NCBI GenBank assembly: GCA_963704825.1
Contig: CAVPHV010000017.1
Span: 234,994 to 298,993, forward strand
From: an uncultured Acidimicrobiia bacterium
GTDB taxonomy: Bacteria > Actinomycetota > Acidimicrobiia > Spongiisociales > UBA5794
DNA length: 64,000 nucleotides
Direction: 5' to 3'
Every line of letters begins with the position of its first letter. The stretch's first letter is position 1. Shown here in pieces: positions 35,951 through 45,500 of the stretch. The position numbers and the translations under genes are program-made. The notes beneath the pieces were generated by a model. That model did not search any database. It saw only the letters and a list, made by a program, of their open reading frames with translations, and was not told where the DNA came from.

Positions 35951-36679
35951 TCAGACGCCGATGGCGAACTCGGTGAGGCGTCCGTAGAGCGGCAGGCAGG
36001 CGGCACAGAGTGGCTCGAGTTCCTCCGGGAACGGTTCCGCCTTCGGCCGATAGGGCTCGAAGCCTGTCGTCTGATGGAGCCTGCCGTACCAGTGGTCGGC
36101 CCACACTCCGTCCTCGGGCTTGGGGCCGGCGGGCCAGCTCAGCATGGCGGCATCAAACGGCAGGTCGAGCCGGTCACACAACTCGGCCAATACCGCAGCA
36201 GGATCGTCGAGGAGTACCCGAGAATCCACGACAATCGGAGTCACTCCGTTGGCCAACTGGCGGGCGACGATCTCGTCCTGGATGTCGAAGCCGGTGTCGC
36301 CGATCACCGGGATCCGACCCAGGCCCCTGGCCAGCGACGGCAGCATGTCGCGCGGATCACGTACGAGTATGAAGCTGTCGAGTTGGTCGAAGCCGGCCAG
36401 GTCGAATCCGACCAGATGGTGCGCCATGTTCTTGTAGAAGCGGACTGGGGTCGGGCATTCGGTTTCGAGCATCCCGGTCACGATGTGGTCGGCGTCGGTG
36501 GGAACTGCGGCCAGGATGTGGTCGCGTCCGGGATGATCGACGCCGGTCACCACCAGGTAGTGGCCGTACATGGGCTCGTCCACCACGGTGGTGTCGGCGC
36601 GCTGTCTCCAGCTGTACATCATCGCAGTGGACACGTTGCGGGGCCCCGACCACATGTTGATCAGGCGGCACTCGCTCAC
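35951..36679 (-). CDS. Sulfotransferase-like P-loop protein
   Basis: 'MWSGPRNVSTAMMYSW.QR.DT.VVDEP.Y', 'FYKNMAHHL', 'LVRDP'; GTGA overlap with the aminotransferase. Confidence 0.85.
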   Translation of the reverse strand: MSECRLINMWSGPRNVSTAMMYSWRQRADTTVVDEPMYGHYLVVTGVDHPGRDHILAAVPTDADHIVTGMLETECPTPVRFYKNMAHHLVGFDLAGFDQLDSFILVRDPRDMLPSLARGLGRIPVIGDTGFDIQDEIVARQLANGVTPIVVDSRVLLDDPAAVLAELCDRLDLPFDAAMLSWPAGPKPEDGVWADHWYGRLHQTTGFEPYRPKAEPFPEELEPLCAACLPLYGRLTEFAIGV

Positions 36680-37593
36680 GGCGAGCCACCTTCCTCGTCG
36701 AGCGCAGCTCGATATGCGCCCGAGAGCTGAGCAGTGACCGGCCCGGGCGGGGGGCCACCGATCGGCCTGCCATCGACTTCGATCACCGGGGTGAGCGCTC
36801 CGAACGTCCCGGTGACGAACGCTTCGTCTGCGGTGTAGACGTCGCTGAGCCCGAATGGTCGCTCGAATACGGGGATGCCGGTGGCGTGACACAGTTCGAT
36901 GACGAGGCAGCGGGTGATGCCGTTGAGGCAGTGTTCGCCCGTCGAGGTCCACACCTGACCGCCCGTCACGATGAAGAAGTTGGTTGCGTTGCAGGTGGCG
37001 ACGTTGCCGGCCACATCGAGCATCAGCGCCTCATCGGCCCCAGCCTCGATTGCCTCGAGCAGCGCCACCACCTCATGGATCTTCGAGTGACAGTTCCAGC
37101 GCTGGTCGATGGTCTCGGGGGGTGGCCGCCGGACCTGGGCCGTCGCCAAGCGGATGCCGCTGTCGACCACTGCGGGGTCGGCAATCTTGTGCTCGGCGAT
37201 CACCACGATGTTTGGTCCGCCGACCACGAGGCGGGGATCTTGCGACGGGGTCTTCTTGGTGCCGCGGGTCACCATCAATCGGACGTGGACGTCGGTCTCC
37301 ATGGCGTTGCGTTCGACGGTCTCGCCCAACATGGCGGTCAGCTCATCGCGGTTCTTGCCGATGTCGAGGTGGACCGCGGCGGCGCTGGCGAACAGCCGGT
37401 CGAGGTGGCGATCGAGATGGACAAACCGGCCGTTGTGGAGCCGGATTCCCTCCCAAACGCCGTCGCCGACGAGGAATCCGCTGTCGAAGACCGAGATCTT
37501 GGCCTCGTCGCGGGGAAGGAACTCGCCATTGACGAACACGAGGACGTCGGCGTTGCGTGGATCGGGGAGTGCTTCGTGGGTGCCGCGCGCCAT
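36676..37593 (-). CDS. Class IV aminotransferase (branched-chain aminotransferase-like)
   Basis: 'FDSGFLVGDGVWEGIR', 'HSK', 'EALML', 'NFF', 'LNGITR', 'EAFVTGT'. Confidence 0.92.
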   Translation of the reverse strand: MARGTHEALPDPRNADVLVFVNGEFLPRDEAKISVFDSGFLVGDGVWEGIRLHNGRFVHLDRHLDRLFASAAAVHLDIGKNRDELTAMLGETVERNAMETDVHVRLMVTRGTKKTPSQDPRLVVGGPNIVVIAEHKIADPAVVDSGIRLATAQVRRPPPETIDQRWNCHSKIHEVVALLEAIEAGADEALMLDVAGNVATCNATNFFIVTGGQVWTSTGEHCLNGITRCLVIELCHATGIPVFERPFGLSDVYTADEAFVTGTFGALTPVIEVDGRPIGGPPPGPVTAQLSGAYRAALDEEGGSP

Positions 37594-37699
37594 AGGGACA
37601 CGCTAACGCACCGGCCCCGCCGGCCGCTCAAGAATGCCGCCGCCAAGGTCGATGTTGTCTGGGAAGGTTCCCATCAGGAGGATTGTCGTGGCGTGGGTC

Positions 37700-38089
37700 A
37701 TGGATGCCGAGCTCTACGAGCTCTTCGCCGAAGAACTGGATGAGCGCTCGGCAGTGCTCGCCGACGGAGCTCGCGCCATCGAGGCCGGGCAAGTCGAGCA
37801 GATCGACGCGGAGCAGATGCGTCGCGAGGGTCACACCATAAAGGGCAACGGCCGCGTGATGGGGTACGACCTGATTGGTACCGCCGGTCAGGTCTGTGAA
37901 GAGATCTGGGGCTGGATCGAGCGTCGGGAAATCGAAGCGACCCCGGCGTTGGGTACGGCACTACGACACCTTGCCGAAGCCATCCCGGTCGCCGTCGACA
38001 AAGAGGCCACGGATCTCATCCCGGCGATCCGGGCGGTGCACCTCGTCCTGGATGGTGAGTGGCTCCCCGGCGAGCTCCCGGTCGTCTAG
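37700..38089 (+). CDS. Stand-alone Hpt (histidine phosphotransfer) domain protein
   Basis: 129 aa; 'LFAEELDE', 'REGHTIKGNGRVMG' resembles the CheA P1/Hpt motif. Confidence 0.8.
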   Translation: MDAELYELFAEELDERSAVLADGARAIEAGQVEQIDAEQMRREGHTIKGNGRVMGYDLIGTAGQVCEEIWGWIERREIEATPALGTALRHLAEAIPVAVDKEATDLIPAIRAVHLVLDGEWLPGELPVV

Positions 38090-38091
38090 AC

Positions 38092-39141
38092 CTAGCCGTC
38101 GCCGGGCGCAGCGACGGTCTTTTCCATCTGAAGTACACCGGGAAGTTCCCTCGTGACCACAAACCCAAGGCGCTCGTAGAGGCGTCGCGCTGCTTCGTTG
38201 TGGGTGAAGACGGCGAGGTGGAGCACGGGCAGGCCACGGACCCGAGCCCACTCCTCGACCTCATCGATCGCCGCCGTCCCGAGGCCTTGATTGCGGTGGC
38301 GTTCGAACACCACGATGTCGAACAAAGTGGCGACGGGGCGTCCTCGGACCGGTTCCTCGCCGAACCAGATCCACCCCACGGACTCGTCGGCAAGGCCGCC
38401 CCGAATTGAGCAGAAGTGATGGTTCTTGCTCGGGTCGCTGGTAGCCAGGACGTGGGTGATCGCCTCACGAGCTTGGAGTTCGGCCTCGAAACGATTGAGG
38501 TCGAAAGCCTGCATCAGGTGGGCCGTGTGGTCGGCGATGGTCCATTCCAAGTAGGCGTCGAACTCGGTTCCCGCCATCGGCTGAAGCTCGACGTAACCGG
38601 AAGGGAGTGGGGCGTGCTGGCTGGGACCGAGGTCAAGGCTCAGGCGGTGCTCGTCGAGATCGGGGTGGGACGGCAGCGACTGGACGCGGCCGGTGTCGAC
38701 GAACCCGCAGCTCTCGTAGAGGTGTCTGGCGACGTCGTTGTCGGTGACGACCCACAGCCCGAGTTCGTCGGCATCGGCTTGCCGCGCCCATGAGATGACA
38801 CGGTCGGTCAGAAGCCGGCCGTGGCCGCGACCCCGGAATCCGGGTTCCACCCACATTGCGATCATGTGGAGGGACCGTGGGTTGCCTTCGATGCGGAACG
38901 CCCCCGCCAGCCCGACGAGGCGGTCTTCGGTTTCGGCGACGAACATCGCCTGGTCGTTGCCGGCAGAGGTGGCCGCCGCCCAGGTGTCCCACGATTCGGG
39001 CGGGCGGTCGGCCTCGCGCTCATATGACGAGGCGAACGCAGTCGGATTGGTGTGCAGCGCTCGGAGCCGAACCTCACGGAAGGCGGGCCCGTCTTCGGGC
39101 CTGATCCGCCGGATCGTGACCGGCGGGCGGGGATCGGTCAC
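38092..39141 (-). CDS. Tandem GNAT acetyltransferase
   Basis: Two acetyl-CoA motifs 'RGRGHG' and 'RNQGLG', each followed by 'A..LYE..GF'. Confidence 0.88.
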   Translation of the reverse strand: MTDPRPPVTIRRIRPEDGPAFREVRLRALHTNPTAFASSYEREADRPPESWDTWAAATSAGNDQAMFVAETEDRLVGLAGAFRIEGNPRSLHMIAMWVEPGFRGRGHGRLLTDRVISWARQADADELGLWVVTDNDVARHLYESCGFVDTGRVQSLPSHPDLDEHRLSLDLGPSQHAPLPSGYVELQPMAGTEFDAYLEWTIADHTAHLMQAFDLNRFEAELQAREAITHVLATSDPSKNHHFCSIRGGLADESVGWIWFGEEPVRGRPVATLFDIVVFERHRNQGLGTAAIDEVEEWARVRGLPVLHLAVFTHNEAARRLYERLGFVVTRELPGVLQMEKTVAAPGDG

Positions 39142-39926
39142 AGGAAGCCGGCCAAGGTGTCGATCACGGGATCCGGTTGCTCGATCATCATCAAGTGGCC
39201 GGTGCCGGGCAGGATGACCGTGGTGGCGTCCGGCAGCGCGGCAGCCAGTGGCCGGGCCGCGGCCGGCCGAGTCATCACGTCGAGTTCGCCGAGCAGCAGC
39301 AGTGTCGGGCAAGTGACCGTAGCTGCCGCCTCAATGGCCTCGACGTAGGTGTTGCATGCCCACAGATCGTTGGCGAGCACTCCGGGCGCCATGTGCTCGA
39401 GGAGTCGGAGACTCTCGCCGGTCATCCACAGTCCGGGGGTCTGGTGGCCTCCAAGCTGGGACCGTGGCGCCAGGCTCCAATGGGTGATCAGCTCGAACGC
39501 CCGCGGATCCCCGGCTTCGGCCGCCGCCAGCAGGTCGGGATGAACCGGCATGGCCGCCGCGGTGCCGAGCAGGGCCAGCCGGTCGACCCGCTGCGGGTAG
39601 TGGGCGGCCAGATGGAGTCCGATGAATGATCCCATCGAGTGACCGACGACGGACGCCGCGGGGAAGCCGGCGGCTGGGATGACTTCGGCGACCCAGTCTG
39701 CATAGCCGGCGATGGAGTCGGGCGGCGGGCCGGCCGATCCGCCATGACCGGGCAGGTCCACGGCGAGGACCGACCAGCCGTGGTTGGCGAAGTAGCGGGT
39801 CTGGAGCTGCCAAAGGGTGCGGTCCATTCCGGCGCCGTGGATGAACACCAGCAGCGGCGATCCCGGATCCAGCGGCCGGCCGCCGGTCGTGGCCCGCACC
39901 AGCTTTCCGGCGACGGTCAGTTCCAT
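39138..39926 (-). CDS. Alpha/beta hydrolase
   Basis: 'HGAG', 'DLPGHGGS', 'GHSMG', 'GELD', 'GHLMM'. Confidence 0.9.
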   Translation of the reverse strand: MELTVAGKLVRATTGGRPLDPGSPLLVFIHGAGMDRTLWQLQTRYFANHGWSVLAVDLPGHGGSAGPPPDSIAGYADWVAEVIPAAGFPAASVVGHSMGSFIGLHLAAHYPQRVDRLALLGTAAAMPVHPDLLAAAEAGDPRAFELITHWSLAPRSQLGGHQTPGLWMTGESLRLLEHMAPGVLANDLWACNTYVEAIEAAATVTCPTLLLLGELDVMTRPAAARPLAAALPDATTVILPGTGHLMMIEQPDPVIDTLAGFL

Positions 39927-39927
39927 C

Positions 39928-41223
39928 TCAACTCCTCTGCGATGCCCGCAACGCCCGGCGGAGGTCGCTGATGAGGTCGTCACTCGACTCGAGGCCGATG
40001 GACAACCGGACGAGGTCCTCGCCGATGCCGGCGGCCTCGAGCTGCTCCGGGCTCATCGTCGAGTGTGTGGTCGACGCCGGGTGGATGACGAGTGACTTGG
40101 CGTCGCCGACGTTGGCGAGATGGGAGAAGAGGCCCAGCCGCTCGATGAAGCGCCGTCCGGCCTCCCGGCCCCCCTTGATCCCGAAGCTGAAGATGGCGCC
40201 GGCCCCAGCGGGGAGGAGCTTGGCGGCGAGTTCGTGGTCGGGATGCGAGTCGAGCTCGGGATATCCGACCCAGGCGACTTCGTCGGCTTGGTCGAGGAAT
40301 GCAACCACGGCGCGGGCATTGGCGACGTGGCGCTCCATCCGAATCGGTAGCGTCTCGATCCCTTGTAGCAGGTAGAACGCGTTGGTCGGGCTCATCGCCG
40401 CCCCAAAGTCGCGCAATCCCTCGACCCTGGCCCGGGTGATGAAGGCCTGCGGCCCGAACTCTTCGACGAAGCGGAGTCCGTGGTAGCTGGGATACGGCTC
40501 GGTCATCATCGGGAACCGTCCCGAGGCCTCCCAGTCGAATCTCCCGCCGTCGACGAGTACTCCACCGAGCGCGACCCCGTGGCCGCCGAGGAATTTCGTC
40601 GCCGAGTGATAGATGAGGTCGGCGCCCCATTCGAAGGGCCGGAACAGGTAGGGGGTGGCGAACGTGTTGTCGATCAGCAGCGGCACCGCGGCGTCGTGGG
40701 CGGCGGCGGCAACGGCGGGCATGTCCATGATCTCGAGGCCGGGGTTGCCGAGGGTCTCACCGAGGACCAGCTTGGTCTCCGGCCGGATGGCGGCGCCGAT
40801 CGCCGCAGTGTCGCGCGGGTCGACCATCGTGGCCTCGATCCCAAAGCGGGGGAGAGTTTGGGTCAGCAGGTTGTTGGTGCCGCCGTAGACGTTGCGGGAG
40901 CACACGATGTGGTCGCCGGCCCCCGCAACGGTCGAGATGGCGAGCCAGAGAGCGGCCTGTCCGCTGGCGGTCGCCACCGCGCCGACGCCGCCTTCCAGTG
41001 CCGCGACGCGCTCTTCGAACACCGCAACGGTGGGGTTCGAGATCCGGCTGTAGATGTGCCCCTGGCGCTCGAGATTGAACAGGCCGGCGGCGTGATCCGT
41101 GTCGCGAAACAGGTACGACGTCGTCTGGTAGATCGGCACGGCCCTGGCCCCGAAATCGGAGTCGGGTTGCTGCCCGGCGTGAAGGCTGAGCGTCTCGAAG
41201 TCGGGAAAGTCGGGTTCTACCAT
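39928..41223 (-). CDS. metY: O-acetylhomoserine aminocarboxypropyltransferase / sulfhydrylase
   Basis: 'PIYQTTS', 'YSRISNPT', 'DNTFATP', PLP Lys 'HSATKFLGGHG', 'ANVGDAKSL.IHPASTTH'. Confidence 0.92.
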   Translation of the reverse strand: MVEPDFPDFETLSLHAGQQPDSDFGARAVPIYQTTSYLFRDTDHAAGLFNLERQGHIYSRISNPTVAVFEERVAALEGGVGAVATASGQAALWLAISTVAGAGDHIVCSRNVYGGTNNLLTQTLPRFGIEATMVDPRDTAAIGAAIRPETKLVLGETLGNPGLEIMDMPAVAAAAHDAAVPLLIDNTFATPYLFRPFEWGADLIYHSATKFLGGHGVALGGVLVDGGRFDWEASGRFPMMTEPYPSYHGLRFVEEFGPQAFITRARVEGLRDFGAAMSPTNAFYLLQGIETLPIRMERHVANARAVVAFLDQADEVAWVGYPELDSHPDHELAAKLLPAGAGAIFSFGIKGGREAGRRFIERLGLFSHLANVGDAKSLVIHPASTTHSTMSPEQLEAAGIGEDLVRLSIGLESSDDLISDLRRALRASQRS

Positions 41224-41239
41224 CCCAGGACGATACCAA

Positions 41240-41295
41240 CCTGTTCCTGCGTGGCTCAGGCGCGGTTTCTGGTACCCCAGCCACGCCAGAACAGG
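41240..41295. repeat. REP-like palindromic element, family A copy 3
   Basis: CCTGTTCCTGCGTGGCTCAGGCGCGGTTTCTGGTACCCCAGCCACGCCAGAACAGG; nearly identical to copy 2. Confidence 0.85.
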
Positions 41296-41313
41296 AAGGG
41301 TTGCCGCGCTCTC

Positions 41314-41364
41314 CGTTCGTGCGTGGCCAGGGCGCGTGTTCTGGCACCCTGGCCACGCTGGATT
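41314..41364. repeat. REP-like element, family A copy 4 (diverged, tandem with copy 3)
   Basis: CGTTCGTGCGTGGCCAGGGCGCGTGTTCTGGCACCCTGGCCACGCTGGATTG. Confidence 0.7.
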
Positions 41365-41370
41365 GACCGG

Positions 41371-43932
41371 TCACTCGTAGGAGATGGCCTCCAGGATGTT
41401 CAGGTTGGCGGCGCGTCGTGCCGGGAAGAACCCGGCCAGAATGCCCGCAACAACCCCGAAGAGCACCAAGCCGGCGATCTGCAGCGCCGGGATGGACAAC
41501 TGGTTGATGCCTTGCGACTTCAGCGCCGCCGTCACGACGATCCCAAAGAAGAGGCCAACCACGATGCCGAGGATGGCACCGATCACCGCGACCATGATCG
41601 ACTCCCAACGGATCATGCGCCGGGTTTGGGCCTTGGTCATCCCGACGGCTCGCAGCAGTCCGATTTCTCGGGTTCGCTCGAAGATCGAGAGGCTGAGTGT
41701 GTTCATGATCCCGAACAGCGCAATGATCACGGCCAGGATCAGCAGGGCGTTGAACATCACGAGCAGGGTGTTGACTTGGTCTTCCTGGGATTGGCGGTAC
41801 TCCACCTGATCGCGCACCGTGACGTTTCCGTACTCGTCGGCCGCGGCATCGACCACGGCCCGAGCGGCGGCTGTATCGACTCCGTCGGCCGCGACGACGG
41901 CGACCACGAAGTCGGTATCGGTGCCGAATCCGGTGAAGTTCTCCTTGTAGAACTCCATCCCGATCAAGTAGTTGGATTGCACGACATTCGACTCGCTGTA
42001 GATGCCGACGACCTCGACCTCTTGGAGCCCGGTTGACGCAAACCCCATCGGAATGGTGTCGCCGACCACCAAGCCTTGCTCGTCGGCAACGTCCTCGAAC
42101 ACGAGCACCCCACCGGTGGTGAGGGCGGTCACGCTTCCCTCCTGGACATCCAGGAAGATGGTCTGATCGATGGTCTCCGCCTCGACCCCCATCACAAACT
42201 CATCGGTACCGCTGTTGTCCCAGAAGCCGAGTCGCAAGGATGTCGTGGTTTCGATTTCGGGTTGCGCCTTCAGATCCTCAGCCAGCGACGGGCTGAACCC
42301 GCCGGCAAAGCCGTCGACGCTGATCACATAGTCGGCCTTCAGACCCTGTTCGATTGACTGGCTCACCGATGCCTTGATCGAGTCGCCGAGGATGAAGAAG
42401 AACGCAACCAGTGCCAGGCCGATCATCAGCGCCGAGGCCGTTGTGGCCGTACGGCGCGGCTTACGAACTGCGTTGCCGATCGCAAGTGTTCCCGTCAGGT
42501 TGTCGATCTTGGGCAGCGGCCAGCCGATGAAGCGAGCCAGCGACGGAACGATGAGCGAACTCAGCATGCTGACCGCCAGGAAGACAACGAGGGCACCGAT
42601 CCCGACGGCAGTCAACTCGTTGAGCGGACCGAGGTCGATGACGTCGCCGAACAAGCCGGCGACGATGAACCCGATCCCAAAGACGAGCAGGATCGACCCA
42701 AAGATGGTGCGCTTGCGATCCGACATGCGGAGCCGGACGTCGACGTCCTGGAGCGCCGCCACCGGCGGAATCCGCGCCGCGCGCACGGCTGGCAGAACCG
42801 CGGCGGCCAGGGTGACCCCAACACCGACGATGAGTCCGACGATGATGGTCCGCGGCGCCAGCGACGCCGTTGTCGATGGCAGGTCGAAGCCGATGGCCGA
42901 CATGCCGGCAGTGAGCAGCCCGGCGATGACGAAGCCCAATAGGATTCCGACAATCGATGCAAAGACACCGACGATGAGCGCCTCAATCGCCACCATCCAG
43001 ATCACCTGGCCGCCGGTGGCGCCGACGGCGCGCATCAGGGCCAGCTCACGCTGGCGCTGGCGGACGATGATTCGGAAGGTGTTCTGGATGATGAAGGCGG
43101 CGACGAACACGGCAACGGCGGCGAACACCAACAGCGCGGTGTTGAGGAAGCTGAGGCCTTCTTGCAGCGTCTCGGACTGAGCCGCCGCCTCGTCGGCTGC
43201 GGTCACCGCTTCGACGCCCTCGGGTAGCGCAACGGTGATGCTGTTGCGCAGCAGATCGGGGCTGACCCCGTCCTCGCCGACGACGGTGATGGCGTTGTAG
43301 ACACCCTCGAGTCCGAGCAGGGTCTGTGCGGTTGTGGTATCCCACACCGCGATGGTTGCCCCGGCCAGGTTGTCCGCCTCGCCAAATCCAATGACCCCAA
43401 CCAGTTCGTATTCGCCGACCCCGTCGACTGTTTGGATTCTGACCGGCTGCCCGACGGTCAGGCCGTTGTCGCCGGCCGTCTTGGCGTCGATGGCGACTTC
43501 GGTCATGCCGGAGGGTTCCCTGCCTTCTCGAATGACCACGTTGCCCCGCAGGCGCTCGTCCTCCTGTCCGGAGACACCGAGGGTCGGCGGACCCTGGGGA
43601 ACGATTGCGTTGCCTTCGTTGTCGTAGATGACGGCAAAGCCGGTCACGCCGCCCTCGGCGGCGTCGACGCCATCAACGGCGAGCACGATATCGAGCACCG
43701 ATTCGTCGATGGGCGGAGGCCCCCCGAACCCCACGTCGAATTCGGCCTCACCTTGGACGATGACGTCCTGGCCGGCGTAGGTGTCTTCAAAGAGGTTGTC
43801 GAAAGTCTGGTTGATCGTGTCGGTGAAGATGAACGTGCCCGCGATGAAGGCGACGCCGATCATCACCGACATGGCGGTGAGTAACAACCGAACTTTGTGG
43901 GCGAAAATGGTCTTGAGTGCGGTGCGAATCAT
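41371..43932 (-). CDS. ABC exporter permease, duplicated FtsX/MacB type
   Basis: 853 aa; two FtsX domains ('RELALMRAVGA', 'REIGLLRAVGM'). Confidence 0.92.
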   Translation of the reverse strand: MIRTALKTIFAHKVRLLLTAMSVMIGVAFIAGTFIFTDTINQTFDNLFEDTYAGQDVIVQGEAEFDVGFGGPPPIDESVLDIVLAVDGVDAAEGGVTGFAVIYDNEGNAIVPQGPPTLGVSGQEDERLRGNVVIREGREPSGMTEVAIDAKTAGDNGLTVGQPVRIQTVDGVGEYELVGVIGFGEADNLAGATIAVWDTTTAQTLLGLEGVYNAITVVGEDGVSPDLLRNSITVALPEGVEAVTAADEAAAQSETLQEGLSFLNTALLVFAAVAVFVAAFIIQNTFRIIVRQRQRELALMRAVGATGGQVIWMVAIEALIVGVFASIVGILLGFVIAGLLTAGMSAIGFDLPSTTASLAPRTIIVGLIVGVGVTLAAAVLPAVRAARIPPVAALQDVDVRLRMSDRKRTIFGSILLVFGIGFIVAGLFGDVIDLGPLNELTAVGIGALVVFLAVSMLSSLIVPSLARFIGWPLPKIDNLTGTLAIGNAVRKPRRTATTASALMIGLALVAFFFILGDSIKASVSQSIEQGLKADYVISVDGFAGGFSPSLAEDLKAQPEIETTTSLRLGFWDNSGTDEFVMGVEAETIDQTIFLDVQEGSVTALTTGGVLVFEDVADEQGLVVGDTIPMGFASTGLQEVEVVGIYSESNVVQSNYLIGMEFYKENFTGFGTDTDFVVAVVAADGVDTAAARAVVDAAADEYGNVTVRDQVEYRQSQEDQVNTLLVMFNALLILAVIIALFGIMNTLSLSIFERTREIGLLRAVGMTKAQTRRMIRWESIMVAVIGAILGIVVGLFFGIVVTAALKSQGINQLSIPALQIAGLVLFGVVAGILAGFFPARRAANLNILEAISYE

Positions 43933-43936
43933 GGTG

Positions 43937-44692
43937 TCACACCCCGAACTGCTTCATCCGGTCGATGACCGCGTCCGGGGTCGGGTCGTGCATCTCGTCG
44001 ACGATTCGGCCGTCTTCGAGGAACACGATCCGGTCGGCGTAGCTGGCCGCCGCCGGATCGTGGGTAACCATCACGATGGTCTGTCCGAACTCCCTGACGG
44101 CGCGCCGCATGAAGTCGAGCAATTCGGCCGCAGACTTGGAGTCGAGGTTCCCGCTCGGCTCGTCGGCGAAGACGATGTCGGGACGCGATACGAGCGCCCG
44201 GGCGGCGGCGACCCGCTGCTGCTGGCCACCTGAGAGCTCGGACGGCTTGTGGCTGAGCCGGTCGCCGAGACCGAGGATGCCGATCACCTGGTCGAACCAG
44301 GGGGTGTCTTCCTTCTCTCCGGCGATGAGCAGCGGCAGCAGGACGTTCTCCTTGGCCGACAGCGTCGGGATCAGGTTGAACGACTGGAAGACGAAGCCGA
44401 CCTTCTCCCGCCGCAGCAGGGTGAGGTCCTTGTCCCCGAGTGAGCCGAGGTCTACATCGCCGATGTAGACCTTGCCCGAGCTGAGCTCGTCAAGTCCGGC
44501 GATGCAGTGCAGCAACGTCGACTTGCCACTCCCGGATGGTCCCATGATGGCGGTGTACTTGCCCTTCTCGAACACCTCAGACACGCTGTCGAGCGCTCGC
44601 ACCTCGGTGTCGCCTGAGCCGTAGAGCTTGGTGCCATCTTCGATCCGGGCGGCAATCACCCCGACCGCAGACGGCGCAGTACCAGTGGTCAT
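43937..44692 (-). CDS. ABC transporter ATP-binding protein (LolD/MacB-like)
   Basis: GPSGSGKS, 'LSGGQQQR', 'ADEPSGNLD'. Confidence 0.95.
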   Translation of the reverse strand: MTTGTAPSAVGVIAARIEDGTKLYGSGDTEVRALDSVSEVFEKGKYTAIMGPSGSGKSTLLHCIAGLDELSSGKVYIGDVDLGSLGDKDLTLLRREKVGFVFQSFNLIPTLSAKENVLLPLLIAGEKEDTPWFDQVIGILGLGDRLSHKPSELSGGQQQRVAAARALVSRPDIVFADEPSGNLDSKSAAELLDFMRRAVREFGQTIVMVTHDPAAASYADRIVFLEDGRIVDEMHDPTPDAVIDRMKQFGV

Positions 44693-44831
44693 GTGGGAAC
44701 TCCCCTCATAGGTTTCTCGCAATGACGTCAACGCTACGCGAGGTCCCCATCACTTGTCGTCGGTCCAAGGAGGGATTCGGGCCTACTCCTCGAGGATGAG
44801 ACGAGCGAACACCCACCGTGGCCGGCGCCCC

Positions 44832-45500
44832 TCAGGCGCCCGGTTGCACCAGCCCAGACTCGTAGGCCACGACGACGGCCTGGACTCGATCACGGAGTTC
44901 AAGTTTCGTGAGAATGTGCGACACGTGGGTCTTGATCGTCGTTTCGCTGACGAACAGCGCCTCGGCCATCTCGGCGTTGGAGAGGCCGCGGGCGAGTTGG
45001 GAGAGCACCTCGAGTTCACGTTCGGTCAGCTCGTCGAGAGTGGGCAATGCCTCGGTGTCGGCGCTGGGTCGGGCCGCGAACTCTGCGATGAGACGGCGAG
45101 TCACCGAGGGCGCCAGCAAGGCGTCGCCGGCGGCGACGATGCGGATACCATCGACCAGGTCGGCGGCCGGAGTGTCCTTGAGGAGGAAGCCGCTGGCTCC
45201 GGCCCGCAATGCCTCGTAGACGTAGTCGTCGATGTCGAACGTGGTGAGGATCAGCACTCGCGGATCGTCATCGCGGTGGTTCCGACAGATCTGCCGAGTC
45301 GCCTCGATTCCGTCGACCCCCGGCATCCGGATGTCCATGAGCACCACGTCGGGACGGAGTCCGTGGGTGGCCGCAACGGCGGCGGCGCCGTCGGCGGCTT
45401 CCCCGACCACCTCGATATCGGCTTCGGCATCGAGGATCATCCGGAACCCGGTGCGGACCAGTTCCTGGTCGTCGACCAGTAGGACGCGGATCGTCGCCAT
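44832..45500 (-). CDS. NarL/LuxR-family response regulator
   Basis: 'VDDQ', 'DVVLMDIRMPG', 'GFLLKD', LuxR HTH 'LTERELEVL...GLSNAE'. Confidence 0.95.
   Translation of the reverse strand: MATIRVLLVDDQELVRTGFRMILDAEADIEVVGEAADGAAAVAATHGLRPDVVLMDIRMPGVDGIEATRQICRNHRDDDPRVLILTTFDIDDYVYEALRAGASGFLLKDTPAADLVDGIRIVAAGDALLAPSVTRRLIAEFAARPSADTEALPTLDELTERELEVLSQLARGLSNAEMAEALFVSETTIKTHVSHILTKLELRDRVQAVVVAYESGLVQPGA

Noticed and set aside
10598-41364. CRISPR array
   Set aside because: Copies are dispersed, about 52 bp, mostly single, with no regular spacers and no cas genes.
41224-41370. SAM riboswitch upstream of metY
   Set aside because: The space is filled by two copies of the REP-like family.
44787-44796. 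Palindrome TCCTCGAGGA as a definite operator
   Set aside because: A 10-bp palindrome is too short to support alone; mentioned only as a possible site.
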